Part shown: piece after piece, positions 37,601 through 52,329 of the stretch
How the letters are laid out: the number at the start of each line of letters is the position of its first letter
Numbering within the stretch: position 1 is the stretch's first letter
The notes under the pieces: model-generated
Told to the model about the DNA's origin: nothing
The model's database searches: none
Seen by the model: only the letters and a program-made list of their open reading frames with translations
Made by a program: the position numbers and the translations under genes
Assembly (NCBI RefSeq): GCF_036321535.1
Contig: NC_087436.1
Location: forward strand, 73,596,001-73,660,000
Length of the DNA stretch: 64,000 nucleotides
Source: Camelus dromedarius
Taxonomy: Eukaryota
Reading direction: 5' to 3'

Positions 37601-39079
37601 TGAAAACTTACACAGGTACTCAAGTGTTTATATAACATCTGAAGGTACTGAAAGGGGAAAAAAAAAAACAGTTACATGACATTTAATTGTTAGGAAATTT
37701 TGTTTCAGTTCCAATATATATTTTTAAGTCCTGGAAAAACAAATACACTTCTAAGAAGAAATTGCAAAAATTACTTTAAGTTCTGTGAGTACTAAAGAAG
37801 CTTGTCGTAATGTAAATTGGACAATCACAGAAGAGAAGGTAGTTAGGAGTTAGCTGAGATGTGGATCAGTACAAAAATTTTCCAGATATTAACTCTAGTG
37901 AAAAAACAACCAGAGCGCCTGAAAACATGGTGATTTATTTCTACCTTTCTATTCAGACTACAGCAGAAAAGGGCAGCTGAGAGCCAAGGTGAGGAGCAGA
38001 GAGCTGTGTGCGTTGGCAGTTCTTTCTGAGCAGAAACCTGAGCTTTCAAAGATGCTGCAAGCATCTTCAGGAAGATGCAAAGCAGCAAACCATATATCAA
38101 GAGGCCACAATCTATAGATCAAATCTGTGCTAAAGATAATTACTGAAAATAAGTATAAATTTATCTCAGAACTTTCTTGGAAAAAAAGTAAAGTAGACAT
38201 TTGTCAGTTGAGAAAAAGTCTTCTAAAAGGAATTAATGCATGTAATTTTTACAAGGAAATTTGGATATTAAAATGGATGTATTTCATGAGTTTACCATGG
38301 GATGCAGCAATGGTCTATCTGGGATCATTTTTGGATGGGTCCTTTGAAACGTAAAGACATAATGTTAAGTTGTGGAAACAAAATATTTTGATGATTTCTG
38401 GGTTCTAGTTAAATGACTTCTATTCAAGTCAGATTATGCTAAACTTGTAAAAGAAGTTCCATGACTTACGTTATCCCCTTATTTGTGAAAGAGGAGGATC
38501 TAAACCAATTGTATACTGAGAAGGGTGGTGTTCACCCAAAACAGAGGTGACTGAGGGCTGCTGTTGCTAACTTTCATAGGGCTAGAGAGGGTCTATTTCT
38601 CTGGAGATGATTCTGCCAACTGGCAAGAACGGTCCACAGAGGTCCTAGCTATGCCAGTGAGGCTGTTTCCTATGATTTCCACCTTAGATTTTTCATTTTT
38701 ACCTTGGAGAAAATACTATAATCATAGTTTATGTTCCTGAAAATATTACTTCTTGAAGATGTCAATTAGTTCCTCCCTAAATCATATCATCCTAGGAGAC
38801 AGCAAACATTCCTAATTTAGGTTTAAAAAGAGAAAGAAAAAGAGTAATTACCTTCCAGTTTAAGAACTGATCATAAGGAATTCCAGAATGAAATTCTTGT
38901 ACCTGTGAAAATTGAGAGGTAGAGTGTGGAGACTGAAGAAGGAGATGGAATTACAATAATAGTAATTAACTAGCAAACTTAGACTCTGAGTTTCTGGAAG
39001 ACAGGGACTATGTTTTGTCATCTATGTAATCCTGGCACTTAGCATTATCGCCCATCTCAAAAAAAAAATTATTTATGGA

Positions 39080-39172
39080 GGGGAGGGTATATCTCAGTGT
39101 TAGAGTGCATGCTTAGTATGCACAGGGTCCTGGGCTCAATCCATAGCACCTCCATTAAAAATAAATAAATAT
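39080..39172 (+). mobile_element. Vic-type SINE
   Basis: ggggagggtatatctcagtg...acctccattaaaaataaataaat. Confidence 0.8.
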
Positions 39173-39324
39173 AAACTTAATTACCTCCCAAAAAAAGTTC
39201 TAAAAAATTAAAAATTTTAAAATGTGAAATTAAAAAAATTTCTTTACAGAATAAGCAAATGAATCTTGCATGTGTTAACATCAGTCACTAATCCTTTTCA
39301 ATACCAAAAATATGATCTCAGATA

Positions 39325-39791
39325 CAAGCATACCTTGTTTTATTGCACTTTACAGATACTGCATTTTTTTTTAACATATTGAAGGTTTATGGCAACCCTG
39401 TGATGAGCAAATCTATCGTCCATTATTCCAACAGCATTTGCTCGTTTCTTGTCTCTCTGTCACATTTTGGTAATTCTAACAATATTTCAAACTTTTTCAT
39501 CATTACATTTGTCATGGTGATCTGTAATGAGTGACCTTTGATGTTACCACTATGACTTGCTGAAGGCTCAGATGATGGTTAGCATTTTTTAGCAGTATTT
39601 TTCAATAAAGATATGCATTGTTTTTGTAGACATAATGCTATTATTGCACATGTAATAGATTACAGTACAGTGTAAACATAATATTTATATGCACTGGGAA
39701 GCCAAGAAATTCATGTGGCTTGCTTTATTGTGATATTTGCTTTATTGTGGTGATCTGGAACCAGACTTGCGGTATTTCCAAGGTATGCCTG
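39325..39791. mobile_element. Tigger2a/MER28-like DNA transposon
   Basis: TA|caagcatacctt ... aaggtatgcctg|TA terminal inverted repeats with TA TSD. Confidence 0.85.
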
Positions 39792-41139
39792 TAATTCTCT
39801 CATCCTACTCACTCTCTTCTTTGTTCACAATAACAACCTGAGCCATAGTCTTGCTTAACCTACAACCACAGGGCTTTTTATTGTCTTTAAGTTTACCAAC
39901 GGCTTCTCTAGGGCAATCACAGCTCCCTCTGACAGCCACTCCCTCAGCCAGTGTCTCAGAACCTTGGTAGCCCAGTGGAATAATCACCTGGGGAACTTAT
40001 AAAAATTGTGATGCCTGAATCACTCCCCAGGCCAATTCAGATTTTGGTAGGGGGTGAAACCCAGACATTAGGACTTTTTAAAGTTTTCCAAGCAATTCCA
40101 GAGTGCAGCCAAGGTTGAGAACCACTGCTCTGCTCTGGGGCCAGGAGAGCTTCCATGCTGCGCTTGACTCAAATCTCTTGCTTTTCTAACAGTCTTTTAA
40201 AAGGTTGAAAGAGCTACTTTTAGCTCCGAAGAAACTTAAAATGAGGATTGTGGCTTTGACTCCAATGATAGACTTTTTTTGAGGATTGAGTATAAAAGGT
40301 TGGAATGCATGAACCAAGGCTGATTGGCAGAAACAGACATTAAGAGGTTACTTACGGGTGTGCAGTGAGCTGTGACCAAGAGGAGAGCGATCAGGAACAC
40401 CACTTTCATCTTTCAACTCTATCTACAAACAAGTAAGAGTATTATTTAACTTGGAAGATATGAAGCCCTTTCTTGCTTATGTATACGCACTGGATCAGGC
40501 GTGTTATTAAGGAGCTTGGCTGAAGATCAAGCTATTGGGAACTAAAGGATGTAGAGATTGGAGATTCTGGAGGATATTAAACAATTGGAACATAGATTAT
40601 AATTCACATGCCTTAAGACTGATGCGTGTACATCATACACCCACACACACATGCATTCAAGTACAGTATAAAACACTTAATGCTTATTAGAAATATTTTC
40701 CCAGTGAGTTTATAAGAATATTGGTCTATTCTACTAACTGCTTGTAAAAACACAGCTTTTAAAATACTTATTATTTCATTTGATTCTTGCAATGACCTTG
40801 ATAGGTAGATACCATCGCTGTAACCCTCACTCAGCAGTGGGTATTTGTCCTGTCTATCCTCCTGTATTATGATGTAGATTGTTTATTTGATGTGTTAGTA
40901 GATTCTTGTCAGTACATGGTTTTTCTGTTTTCTACTTTATCATGGCAACTTTTATTTTAATCTTTTTCATTTGTCATGAAAACAAGAAAAATCCCACGAT
41001 GTTAATAATATATCTTTTAAATGATATCCAGAATACCCTCTTTGTTGTTTTGCAGGAAGAGAAGAGAGACCAGGCATTCTTTTTTTTTTTAATTAAAAAA
41101 TTAAAAAAAAAAGTTTTCTGGGGTGAATTCAGTTTACTT

Positions 41140-41236
41140 ATGTATTTGTTTATTTTTGGAGGTGGTGCTGGGGGTTGAACCCAGGAGCTGGCGCATGCTG
41201 AGCATGCGCTCTACCACTGAGCTATACCCTCCCCCT
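41140..41236 (-). mobile_element. Vic-type SINE
   Basis: Reverse copy ending ctctaccactgagctataccctcccc. Confidence 0.85.
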
Positions 41237-42954
41237 TCAGGCATTCTGAAGATAAATATAATTGTTTTACTTATCCATCAGCAGAAAACTATCATTTTAA
41301 TCAAGAGTATATTAATTGATTCATTTTTGTGAGTAAGAGGTGTCACTCTTGGTAAATGTTTATTATAAAAATTAACTCTGCCATTTGAAATAAATTAATT
41401 TTGAAACAAATCAAGACATGAAATAATAATACATATCCAATAATCTTAGATCTGTGAAATGCCATAAGAGAATATATCCTGAAACAAATTGCCAGTGACT
41501 GATTTTAGAAAATCCATCTTCAAGGTTAAACAATATTTGAAATGGGAAGAGAGTCTTCAAGCAGATGATACGAAGACCAAGCTCACATAGATATTACTGC
41601 CTGCTGGAGGGCTTACATCCTTCATGTTCTCTCCCGTAACAGTTGAAGTTCCCTGTATTTTTCCTTACATACATTACTATAAATATGGACGAGGGAAAGA
41701 GGCATGCACATTTGCAGAACAACTTTTAAAATTCCATTTACGTAGAATTTTTGTCATCGCTCTTTTTCTGTAATTTGTTTTCACTCACTATTTTAAAGTC
41801 CTGCTATAACCCAGAACAACCATCAAAGTAACAACACATTTAAAATAAATATGTGAGTACATAAGACAATATTTAAAGTATCAAGAAGTATGCCATGACT
41901 ATAAAAGAGAACTTAAATGTTATTATCAGTGAATTAAATTCTTTAATTCTCAACCTTTCCAGTTGTCTATATCTTTCATAAGATAATATAATTTATATTT
42001 GAAAGGATATTACCTTGTACACCAGGAAAAACGAAATGTCCAATATCACTAAGATTTCCTTGAAGCCTTGTTACCAGATGACCTGGATAATCAGAAGATA
42101 CTTATATACGTGGATACTAATGACGTGTAGTATTAGCACATTAGAAAAATGAGTTCTGATGACCCTCATTTACATAGGAATGGGCCAGGTTTTTCCCACG
42201 CAAGGCCAATACCTCAATCTTTGTGAGGCTAAGACCCTTGTCTCTGATCATGATACATTTTTGTGGTTATTCTTGAGGCATGAATAATTCTTTCAGGAGA
42301 TCTAGGGTTTGGCTAATAAACAATGAGGGCAAATAATTGCAACAACTAGAAAAGTACCATGATGTATTAGTAGTTTGGCTAGGAGATACACCTTGAGAAT
42401 TTCAACTGAAATGACTTAACATAAATCCATTGAAATTTGCGTGAATCATGCATTGACAGAGAATTCTTGTTCCACCATCTCATCTAGTGGGGAGACAGAG
42501 GTTATGACCTGGATAAATGGGGTGGGGGGAGCACTAGCCTGGGAGTCAGCAACCCCAAGCTCAGCCACTGCCTCTGCTGGTTCCACCTGGGGACAGTCAG
42601 TTCATTTCCCTGCAAAGAAAATCTCCAGGGCTCTCCTTATCTCAGAGTCCAGGTCCAGCTAACTCAGTGCCAGAGGAAGGAGAGCCTTCCCTCCTCCAAC
42701 AAAAACCCATTCATCTCTCACTCCCATTTGTTTGACAGGATAAATATTTTTTCCTTTCAGAGAAGTCTTATACTCTCCGTATCTATTAGGTTTCATTTCT
42801 ATGGGCCAGGCAGATCAGTCAGCAGCATTTTTACCAAGATCATCCAGACAGAAAATCTTTAAGGAAACATTGGCCTTAAATGACATGATGGGTCAGATTG
42901 ATTTACTATACATACACAGAACATTCCATCTAAACGCAACAGAATATTATATAC

Positions 42955-44750
42955 AGAAATGATATTATATGCAGGATACAAATTAAATATACAAAAATCT
43001 GTTGTGTTTCTGCATGCTAATAATGAACCATCAGAAAGAGAAATGAAAACAATACCATTTGCAATTGCATCGAAAAGAATAATAAACCTAGGAATAAATT
43101 TTACCAAGGATGCCAAAGACCTACCTATTGAAAAGTACAAGTCATTAATAAAATAAATTGGAAAGATATTCCATGCTCATGGATTGGAAGAATCAATATT
43201 GTTAAAAGGTCCATACTACTTAAAGCAATCTACATATTCAATGCAATCTGTATCAAATTTAAAAGAAATAGGACAATTAAAAAATTTATGTGGAACCACA
43301 AAAATCCTGAAGTACCCAAAGCGATCATGAGAAAGACAAACAAATCTAGAGACTTCACCCTCCCTGATTTCAAATTATGTTACAAAGCCGTAGTAATTAA
43401 AATAGTATTGTATTGGCATAAAACAGACATATAGATCAATGAGACAGAATAGAGAGACTAGAAAAAAACTCACACATATGTGGTCAACTAATTTACAACA
43501 AAGGAGTCAAGAATATACAATGGGGAACCGACAGTCTCTTCAATAAATGGTGTTGGGAAAACTGGACAGTCATGTGCAAAAGAATGAAATGATCACTATC
43601 TTACACCACACACAAAAATTAACTCAAAGTGAATTAAAGTTTTGAATGTAAAACCTGAAACTCCTAGAAGAAAACATAGGTGGTAAGCTCCCTGACATTG
43701 GACTTGGTGATGATTTGTTAAATCTGGGACCAAAAGCAAAAGAAAAGCAAAAATAAACTGAGACTACATCACACTAAACAAAGTTGAGCATACATAAAAT
43801 TAAATTAAATTAAATTAAAAAACTTCTGCACAGGAAAGGAAACCACCACCAAAATAAAAAGGCAAAAAGATATGTGCAGCCCTATGTTTACTACAGCATT
43901 TTTCTTTTTTTTGCGTTTTTTTAAATTGAAGTATAGTTTACATGTTGTGTCAATTTCTGGTGTACAGCATAATGTTTCAGTCACATATATACATACGAAT
44001 AATTGTTTTTATATTCTTTTCATTATAGGTACTACAAGATGTTGAATATAGTTCCCTGGGCTATACAGTAGAAACTAATTTATCTATTTTATATATAGTA
44101 GTTAGTGTCTGCAAGTCTTGAACTTCCAATTTATCCTTTCCCACCCCATTCTCCCTCTGGTAACTATAACTTTTGTTCTCTATGTCCGTGAGTCTGTTTC
44201 TATTTTGTAAATAAGTCCTTTTTTGTATTTTTTTTTTTTTTAATATTCCACATGTAAGCAATATCTTACGGTATTTGTCTTTCTCTTTCTGGCTTACTTC
44301 ACTTAGAATGCCAGTCTTCAGGTCCATCCATATTGCTTACTGCAGCGTTATTTACAATAGCTATGATATGTAACTTAAACAACCTAAGTGTTTATCGATG
44401 GATGAATAGATGAAGAAAATGTGGTGTGTATATATATAATATATATGTATATATGTGTGTGTGTATATGTATACACACACACAATGCAATATTATTCAGC
44501 CATAAAAAAGAAGGAAATCTTGCCATTTGTGATAACATGGGTGGACCTGGAGGGCATTTTGCTAAGTGAAATAAGTCAAAGACAAATACCATGTCTCTCT
44601 TATATTGGGAATGTTAAAAGACATAACAAAACAAAACAAACAAACAAAAGAAACCCTAAGCTCATAGGTATAGAGAACAGATTGGTGATTCCCAGAGATG
44701 GGGAGGTGGTGAGAGAAATGGATGAGGGGGGGTTAGTCAAAAGGTTAAAA
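42955..44750 (+). mobile_element. L1 ORF2/3' fragment interrupted by an antisense L1 3' end (~43900-44337)
   Basis: GYKLNIQKSVVFL ORF2 motif; the nested copy is bounded by the repeats ttactacagcatt / ttactgcagcgtt. Confidence 0.9.
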
Positions 44751-44989
44751 AAGTGTAGTAAGTCAGGATGTATGATAGTCACAGTGGAGGGGGCGGGGGG
44801 AAGTATAACATTAAAACACTTTACTCTGTTCTTCAAAAGAAATAAGACATTAATGAAAAAACAAATTTTTAGGGTGACACCTCAAGTTATCACTAAGTGG
44901 TTATAACAAAGTCTAATAGTATTTTTAATTTAGTGAGGGAGTTAGCATTTTCAAGAAAACCTACAAAAAATACTTTTGTTACGTTTAAA

Positions 44990-45350
44990 AAAAAAGAATG
45001 AAATACTGATACCTGTTGCAACATGTATGCACTTTGAAAACATTATGCAAAGAAAAAACGGAGCCAGACACAAATGGTCACATATTGTATGATTCCATTT
45101 ATATGAAATGTCCAGAATAGGCAAATTCATAGAGACAGAAAGTAGACTAATAGTCACGGGGGCTGGGGAGAAGGGGAGCGACTGCTCATGAGCATGTTGT
45201 TTCTTTTTGGCGTGATGAAAATGTTCTGGAATCAGAGAGTGGTGATGATGGACAACTCTGGGAATATACTAAAACCACTGAATTGTGTACCTTTAAAGGA
45301 TGAGCTTTATGGATTGTGAATTATATCTCAATAAACTTGTTATTAATATA
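44990..45350 (+). mobile_element. Old L1M 3' end
   Basis: tgtatgattccatttatatgaaatgtccagaataggcaaattcatagagacag...tatctcaataaa. Confidence 0.85.
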
Positions 45351-46974
45351 TACATATGAACAAAAAGGAAAATAAGAACAACTCATGACCCTAACACTTA
45401 GAGCTGACCACTAGTAACTTTTTGATGCATTTGCTTGTAGTCTTCACTTAAACCTACTATTTATGCGGCTGAAATCTTAGTGAAGTCTTGCCTTTTTTTT
45501 TTTTTTTTTTTTACATATATGGCAACTATGCAACTACAGACTCTTTGTAAACACTAATTTCAATAGTTGCTTAGTACTTGACTGGCTGAAAGATGAGAGG
45601 GTAAGAAGAGAAAATATGGTGTGATGAAATATGGTGGACCCAGGGACCAGGAACAACGGTCTTGCCTGCTACCAGGTTCCACAGTTTTCCCACCTGACCA
45701 GATTCTTTTCTGTAAAGAATGTGCAGTTCTTAGGCTAGAGGGAGGGAGGTGCTGCTGCTGACAAGTAGCAAATAGAAACCAGTCTTGCGTGGGGTCATTC
45801 CCGAAGTTTCAATTATGGAACAGACGCAAATGTCTTTGAATGGATATGCTGAAACAAATGGTTAAAACAGCCATAGAATCAAAATCAAATTTTCACTAGG
45901 ATATGAACAGGCAGAATGAAGCCATGGAAAGAGTACTGGATTCAGAGCCAGAAGGACTGGGTTTCAGTCCTGGCTTCAAAGATAATAGTTATGTGACTGA
46001 TAGCAAGTCACTAAAATCTCTCAGCCTCAGTTTCTCTATCTATGAGAAGGGGTTTCTATTACCTGTTTTAGTGACCTCACAGGGTTGTGTGAGGATCAAC
46101 TAAAATTTATACAAAAAAAAGAGATTTGAAAATTATAAAATGCTATACAAAAGTAGGAGGTACAATAAATAATGTCTGATCCAAATTATGAGTTAAAGAA
46201 ATATTTTACTATTGTAAATGCTGTAACAAAAGGTTTTGAAGAAGAGAAATGGAGATTGAAGGACAAATCACTTATCTGTATTGGGCAGCCCTAGAGGGTC
46301 TCAGACACTGGGAACATAAGAAGGTGATGGATGTCAAAAACTTTTCTGGTAAGTGAAGGATAAACCACCAAAGTAAGGGAACAGAGCATAGCGAACATTA
46401 GGGGGCCTGACCTTGACTGACTGACTATCTGCCTTCCTTCCTTCCCCCTTTCCTTCCCTCTTCCTTTAACATACATTATTGTGAGCCTGGGAATACAAAA
46501 AATGGGCAGATATAGTTCCTGCCTTTAAGGAAAGCACAGGCTAAGGGGAAAGACAGAGTCATGAATAATTAAAACACAGTGAGGAGAGGGCAACAATACA
46601 CAGGGTGCTATGGGGACAGAAGAGGAACACCTAGCTTAGAAGGTTCCTGGAGGAAGAGATGATGCCACTAAATCTCAGATGGAAAGCAGTATTTAGCCAA
46701 GTTTAATGGGAAAGACAGAAAAGACATTCCAGGCAGAGGGGACACTATGGGCAAAGAACAGGGAAGTGAGAAATAACATGGTGGATTTGTGGAACCACAG
46801 ATAGTCCAGTCCTCCTCAAGGATGATGAGGCAGGAAGTGACAGGGAAGTCTGCACAGACAGTGGTGTTCTAGGAATCCTAACTAGTTGGGTGATTCAGAA
46901 GCTAACACAGAAAAGCAAAAACCTCCAGGTTCTTACTTTTCCCTTAGGAAAGAGAGAAATTCAATAGTTAATGA

Positions 46975-47660
46975 AATCAAAAGAACAATGTCAAAATGGG
47001 GATTGGCAATTTCAACTCGTATGTCAGATGAACTGATTTCCTTCATATATAAAAAGCTCTTAAAAATAAATAAGAAAAAGATGAGTAACTCAATAGAGAA
47101 ATAGACTAAGAACATGAGTTAGTGGTTCACAGAAGAAGAAACGCAAATGAATAGCAAATTAACAAGATTTTAAATGCACATTTACTTTGACTCAGCAATT
47201 TCACTTCTAGGAATTTGCTTTGCCTCTATAATCATGCAAGGGGGCAACAAAAAATGGACAAGAAGGTTTATTGCATTATTGTTCATATTTGGAAAAATCT
47301 GGTCATCCAAATGCTCCTCAGTTGGGGACTAGTTAAATAAATTATGGTAATCCATGTAATGGAATATATTAAACAAGCCATTAGGAAGAACGAAGTAGAT
47401 TTATATGTAAGAATATGAAAAAAGTCACCAAAATATATTGTTTGGTGAATAAAAACCAAGGAACAAGTGATGTAACTTCACATGTGCTTTTAAAAAGATA
47501 TATACCTATATGTTTATGCGTACCTTCAAACAATTCTGGAAGCATGTACAAACTGTTAACAAAGGTTTCTCTCAAGAAGAATAGAGACTTTTTTCATTCA
47601 AAGTATAAACTTTTTAAATTGTTTGAATTTTTTTTACTGTAGAGATTACCTTAATAAAAA
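46975..47660 (+). mobile_element. Ancient L1M fragment
   Basis: Degenerate ORF2 3' motifs (cagcaatttcacttctagg; taaattatggtaatccat). Confidence 0.65.
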
Positions 47661-48444
47661 ATACTAAAATACATGTCAGTAATTACCAGTGAGTTTAGTG
47701 GTTTTAAAAAGCTGTCTATCCCCAAAGTGAAGATAATTTGCTGAGTAATATTCAGGAGACCACTTCAGAGGAAAGATTTAGAATACTCTGCTGCTGATAT
47801 TCCAAGGATGACTTTGGATGCTGAAGTATCCCCCTGCTCGTCTCCTCAATTTTAGGGTGAATGATGCCCGACCATTACATTTTCTGCTCTGCAATTCCGG
47901 TTCTCTTTGCTCTGACTGTATCTTTATAAGGAATCCCACCTTCCCCGCTTACATGCATTAACAAGAGCTAGTTCTTTTCAACCAAAAGACCCCAGGCAAA
48001 AAGGATTTTTTTTAATTGATAGTTTAACTTATTTAGGTTCTTAAACATACGGGCTGCAGATAGGTTTTCTAACCGAGACTAAGGAATATACTCTTGTATG
48101 AACTAGTCCTCAACTGAATTATACCTAAGGAGACACATGATTAGTAAGGGCTTATAACCAAATTGGTCTCCAAGTAAAACGAGAAAAGTGAAAAACAGAG
48201 ACACTCAATAACGTTTCTGAGAGAATAAATGAAAATCATCTGGAGATCTCACTCTCCTCTGAGGGTGAGAGTCGGGGTAGGAATGACTGTATGTGGGGAA
48301 AGAACCACGAGAATTTCATTAGAAGGAAACCAAGGCTGGGACTGGAGCTATAGGCTGGAGAGAGGCTTTGACATCCAGCAATGGTTCCCAAGTGACAGTT
48401 CATGGCCAACCTGCCTCAGGTTTATCTGGGGGAGAGTCACCCAT

Positions 48445-48920
48445 CTGTGGGGGGCAGAATAATGGCCTTTCCCAAGGATGTCCAGACCCCAGCCCTCAGA
48501 ACCTGTGAGTGTTCCCTTATATGGCAAAAGGGCCTTTGCAGGTGTGATTAAGTTAAGGTCCTTGAGATGTTGATCTCATCCTGCATTTTCCAGATGGGCC
48601 CAATGTAATCACAAGGGCCCTTAAAAGGGGGGAGGCGGGGCAAGAGAGGAGGTCAGAGGGAGGTGATGTGAGGAGAACTCACTCTGCTGTTGCTAGCTTT
48701 GAAGGTGGAGGAAAGGGCCTCGAGCCAGGGAATGTGGGCAGCTTCTAGAAGCTGGGAAAGGCAGGGAAGCAGATTCTCTCCGAGAGCCTCCAGAAAGGAC
48801 AGCCCCGCCGAGACCTGTGTCGGATTTCTGACCTACTGAACTGTAAGAGGGTAAATTCATATTGTTTTAAGCCACTAAGTTGGTGGTAATTTGTTATAGC
48901 AGCCATAGGGCATAAATACA
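48445..48920 (+). mobile_element. MLT1D-like LTR
   Basis: tgtgggggcagaataatggcc...ttttaagccactaagttggtggtaatttgttatagcagc. Confidence 0.85.
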
Positions 48921-49854
48921 CCATCTGCAAGTTCTGGGGCCCCATCCTAGGTGATTCTAATTCAGCATTTTTTACAAATCTGGTATTTGTCCAGGTTTGG
49001 GGAACCCTGCTTAGAATATGCTTTAAATCTATGTAGGAGAATGGATTTAAAGAACGTAAGTCACATAGATAAAACTTCATCTTTGGAGATCTCATTTTTC
49101 TAAAGCATGTCCAAACAAATACTCCTTCTGACAGGAGAGCATAAAGGTAACAAAATGGCCCGGAAGTCCAGAAACCACATTTTAATCCATACTCATTTTA
49201 AGTGAATTTGGTAAATGTGTTATCACTTTGCCAAGTTCTGCTATGTTTGCTATCTACATTGTGGGGCAGTTCATCCCAAACTTATCTCTCAGATAAAAAG
49301 ATGAATTTTTGAAATTCTCTTATAGTTAAAATCCTTTTCATTTCAAAATTCAAAGCATGCAGCCAGTATTTGGTGAGACTTTCCTATGAATGGGGCTCAA
49401 CAAAACCTCCTTCCCTCTGGGTCCTTTCCTAGCGGCTGGGTCAGCAGTCCAGCAAGGTGCCAACTGGCCCTTGGTTCTGTGCTCTCACCAAGGAGCAAGT
49501 GATTATCACTCTTGGGGTAAAGACACAACATGCTTACAATTTCACCAGAACTCCTGCTTCGCTCAGACACACAAGTGTTCCCTTTTTGTCATTAAAGATG
49601 GGAAATCTTACGTTTTGGGATGATCATAGCGCCAGCCTCTTTGTCTCCAGTCATAATTTTTGCTGTGATTAAGGGCAAAACAAAAGTGAAACCCTCTAAG
49701 GTGGAGGTTTTCAACATGGCTGCACATTAGACTTTTTAAAATAATTAATTCCCAGTTTCCATACCCCAGACATTCTGATTCAATTGATCCAGAATGGGGC
49801 CCAGGCATCAATTTTTTTTTAAAACAAAAAAATGTTTTTGAGGGGGTGCATAGA

Positions 49855-50095
49855 GGGGAAGGGTATAGCACATGCTTAGCATCCACGAGGTCCTGAGTTC
49901 AATCCCCAGTATCTTCATTAAAAGGAAGAAAAAAGTTTTTTTTTTAATTGTAGTAAAATGTACATAACCTAAAATTTGACATTTTAACCACATCTAAAAG
50001 TACAGTTTTGGGGAAGGTATAGCTCAGTGGTAGAACACATGCTTAGCATGCATGAGGTCCTGGGTTCAATCCTCAGTACCTCCATTAAAAAAACA
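49855..50095 (+). mobile_element. Two Vic-type SINEs (49855-49935 with internal deletion; 50009-50095)
   Basis: Both carry atgcttagcat...gaggtcctg.gttcaatcc.cagta. Confidence 0.8.
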
Positions 50096-52329
50096 AATTA
50101 CAGTTCAGTGGCATTAAGTATATTCACATTGTTATGCAACCTTACCATCCATCTCCAGAACTTTTTCAGCTTCCTAAATGGAAACTCGTACCCTGAATGT
50201 GCTTTTGAATACGGTCTCCAGGTGATTCCTAAGTACATAAAGTTTAAGAAGCACTGGTCTGAGGGGTTTCTGGCAGTAGATCTCCTGTGTTAAACTTAAT
50301 CATCACTTACTAGGCAGTGGGCGCTGTGTTAAGCATTGTATATCTTATTTAATCTCATTTATGGTTTATCTCATGTAATCCTCCCAGAAACCGTATGAAG
50401 TAAGTATTATCACGAACCCCTCTTTACAAATAGGGAAGCATTTAAGCATTTTACCCAAGGTTGCACAGCAGGTTAGGGTTGGAGCTGGGGTCACATCTGT
50501 GATTCCAGAGCACATGCTCTCCTCCCTCTGGACTTCCTCTGTGCCCAGAAAGATCCCACCCAGCTGCTCAAATCTGAGGACATGTGTTAAGAAAGAAAGA
50601 TGCCTGGATATGTAGAGGGAAGAAGTTAAAATCTGATCCCACCACAAGTAAATCTTTATTTCTACGGTTTTATACAACTCCTGCATCTAGTAGAGACACT
50701 CGGAGAATCTGGGACTCTGCTTTGAGAGTATTATTTTATTTTATTTCTCCAGAAACTTGCCTTTCAACCAAGATTTCCTTTTCTTTCTTAAGCGTTCCAA
50801 CCGATCCTCTTTCTCTGTTCAGAACCTTCTGGAATAAACAGGAAGTTCACACAGGAAGTGTCTGCGGGGAATTCTGTGCTGAGTAGGATGGTGTGGCCAG
50901 GCTCCTGCTCTCCTCTCTCACACCCTGTGGTTTCAGGGCTCACCGTGACTCAGGGGTGGAGCCTCTGGAAGGTCTGACTGGGAATGTGACTCAGGAACCC
51001 TGACTAGGCTCCTTTGTTCACTTCTGAGACTGGGATGTTTACAAAACCAAAAACCTTTTCTAATCAGAAAAGATAAATCCCCTGTAAGGAAGAAAAACAC
51101 AAAGGAAAATTCCATGGGAAATGCCTGAAATTGACTGATTCTTTTGTCAACAACTGGGAAGTCAGGTGTGGCCAGATGGCCACAGTGATGTGCACAGCTG
51201 GACCAGTCCTTGTCCTTCCACAGAGTGAACACCTAGAGGGTACCTCTAGTCATTAAAAGTTGCTTGAAAACTTCATAAATCAAGACACAGTCTTCTTAAT
51301 AGATTGCTCAGAACTACTCATTGATCAAAGATCAGTTAAATGAATGGTCTCAACCCTGGCCTCACAGTGTAATTAATCAATTGTGAAACTTCTTAGAACA
51401 AAATGCCTATGCCCAGACCCACACCTAGAGATTCTAACTTAACTGGTCTGGGGTGATGCCTAGGTACTGGTATTTTTAATGTGTATCCAGAGGTGAGAAA
51501 CACTGAATTAGACAAAGCGAGGCTAATGTCCCATCATTGTTGTATTCACAGTGCCTCACATGGGCATCTGGCACTTTGTAATGTTTATGGCATACATTTG
51601 TGAATCAATGAACCAGTGTTACCACATAAACTACTGTTAGCACTCAGGTAGTTAAGTCATGGCTTTCAAAATACTTTTACATGCCTCTCTCATTTAAGTC
51701 TCATGACTCCTTTGGAACATACTGATATGTGATACCCATTTACAGATGAGGAAACTGAGGCTTAATGAGATTAGATGATTTCCCTCCCAAATCCCACAAA
51801 ACTGATAAATGAAAAGTGTTTATTTTACTCTAGTCTACTTGAAGTTTGATGACAGCTATGGTTCTCACCCAACTGCAGTTGTGCCCTGAGAAAGTTTGAT
51901 TGTTTGCTTTAGCAAATATGTCATTTATTCCTCCCACCTTAATGCTGATATCTAATTTTAAACAATGTTTATAGTAAAACTCAAACAAAAAAGTAAAAGA
52001 GAATAGTATAATTACCTCATGTAATCATCACCCAGCTTCAATAATGATCAACTCAGGGCCAGCATGATTCCATCTGCACCCCCACACACTGCCCCTTATT
52101 TTGAAACAAATCCCAGGAAATATTTCAGTATGTTTCTCTAAGGACTTAAAATAACCTCAGTGTCATTATAATACCTAAAAATTAACAGTAATTCCTTAAT
52201 ATCATCAAATACCCAGTCAGTATTCACACATCTCTGATTGTCTTTTTTTTGTTTGTTTTAAGTTTCTTTGATTAGGAAATCCAAATAACTTCTACTTTTT
52301 AATTTAACTTGATTTTTGGGTAACAATTA

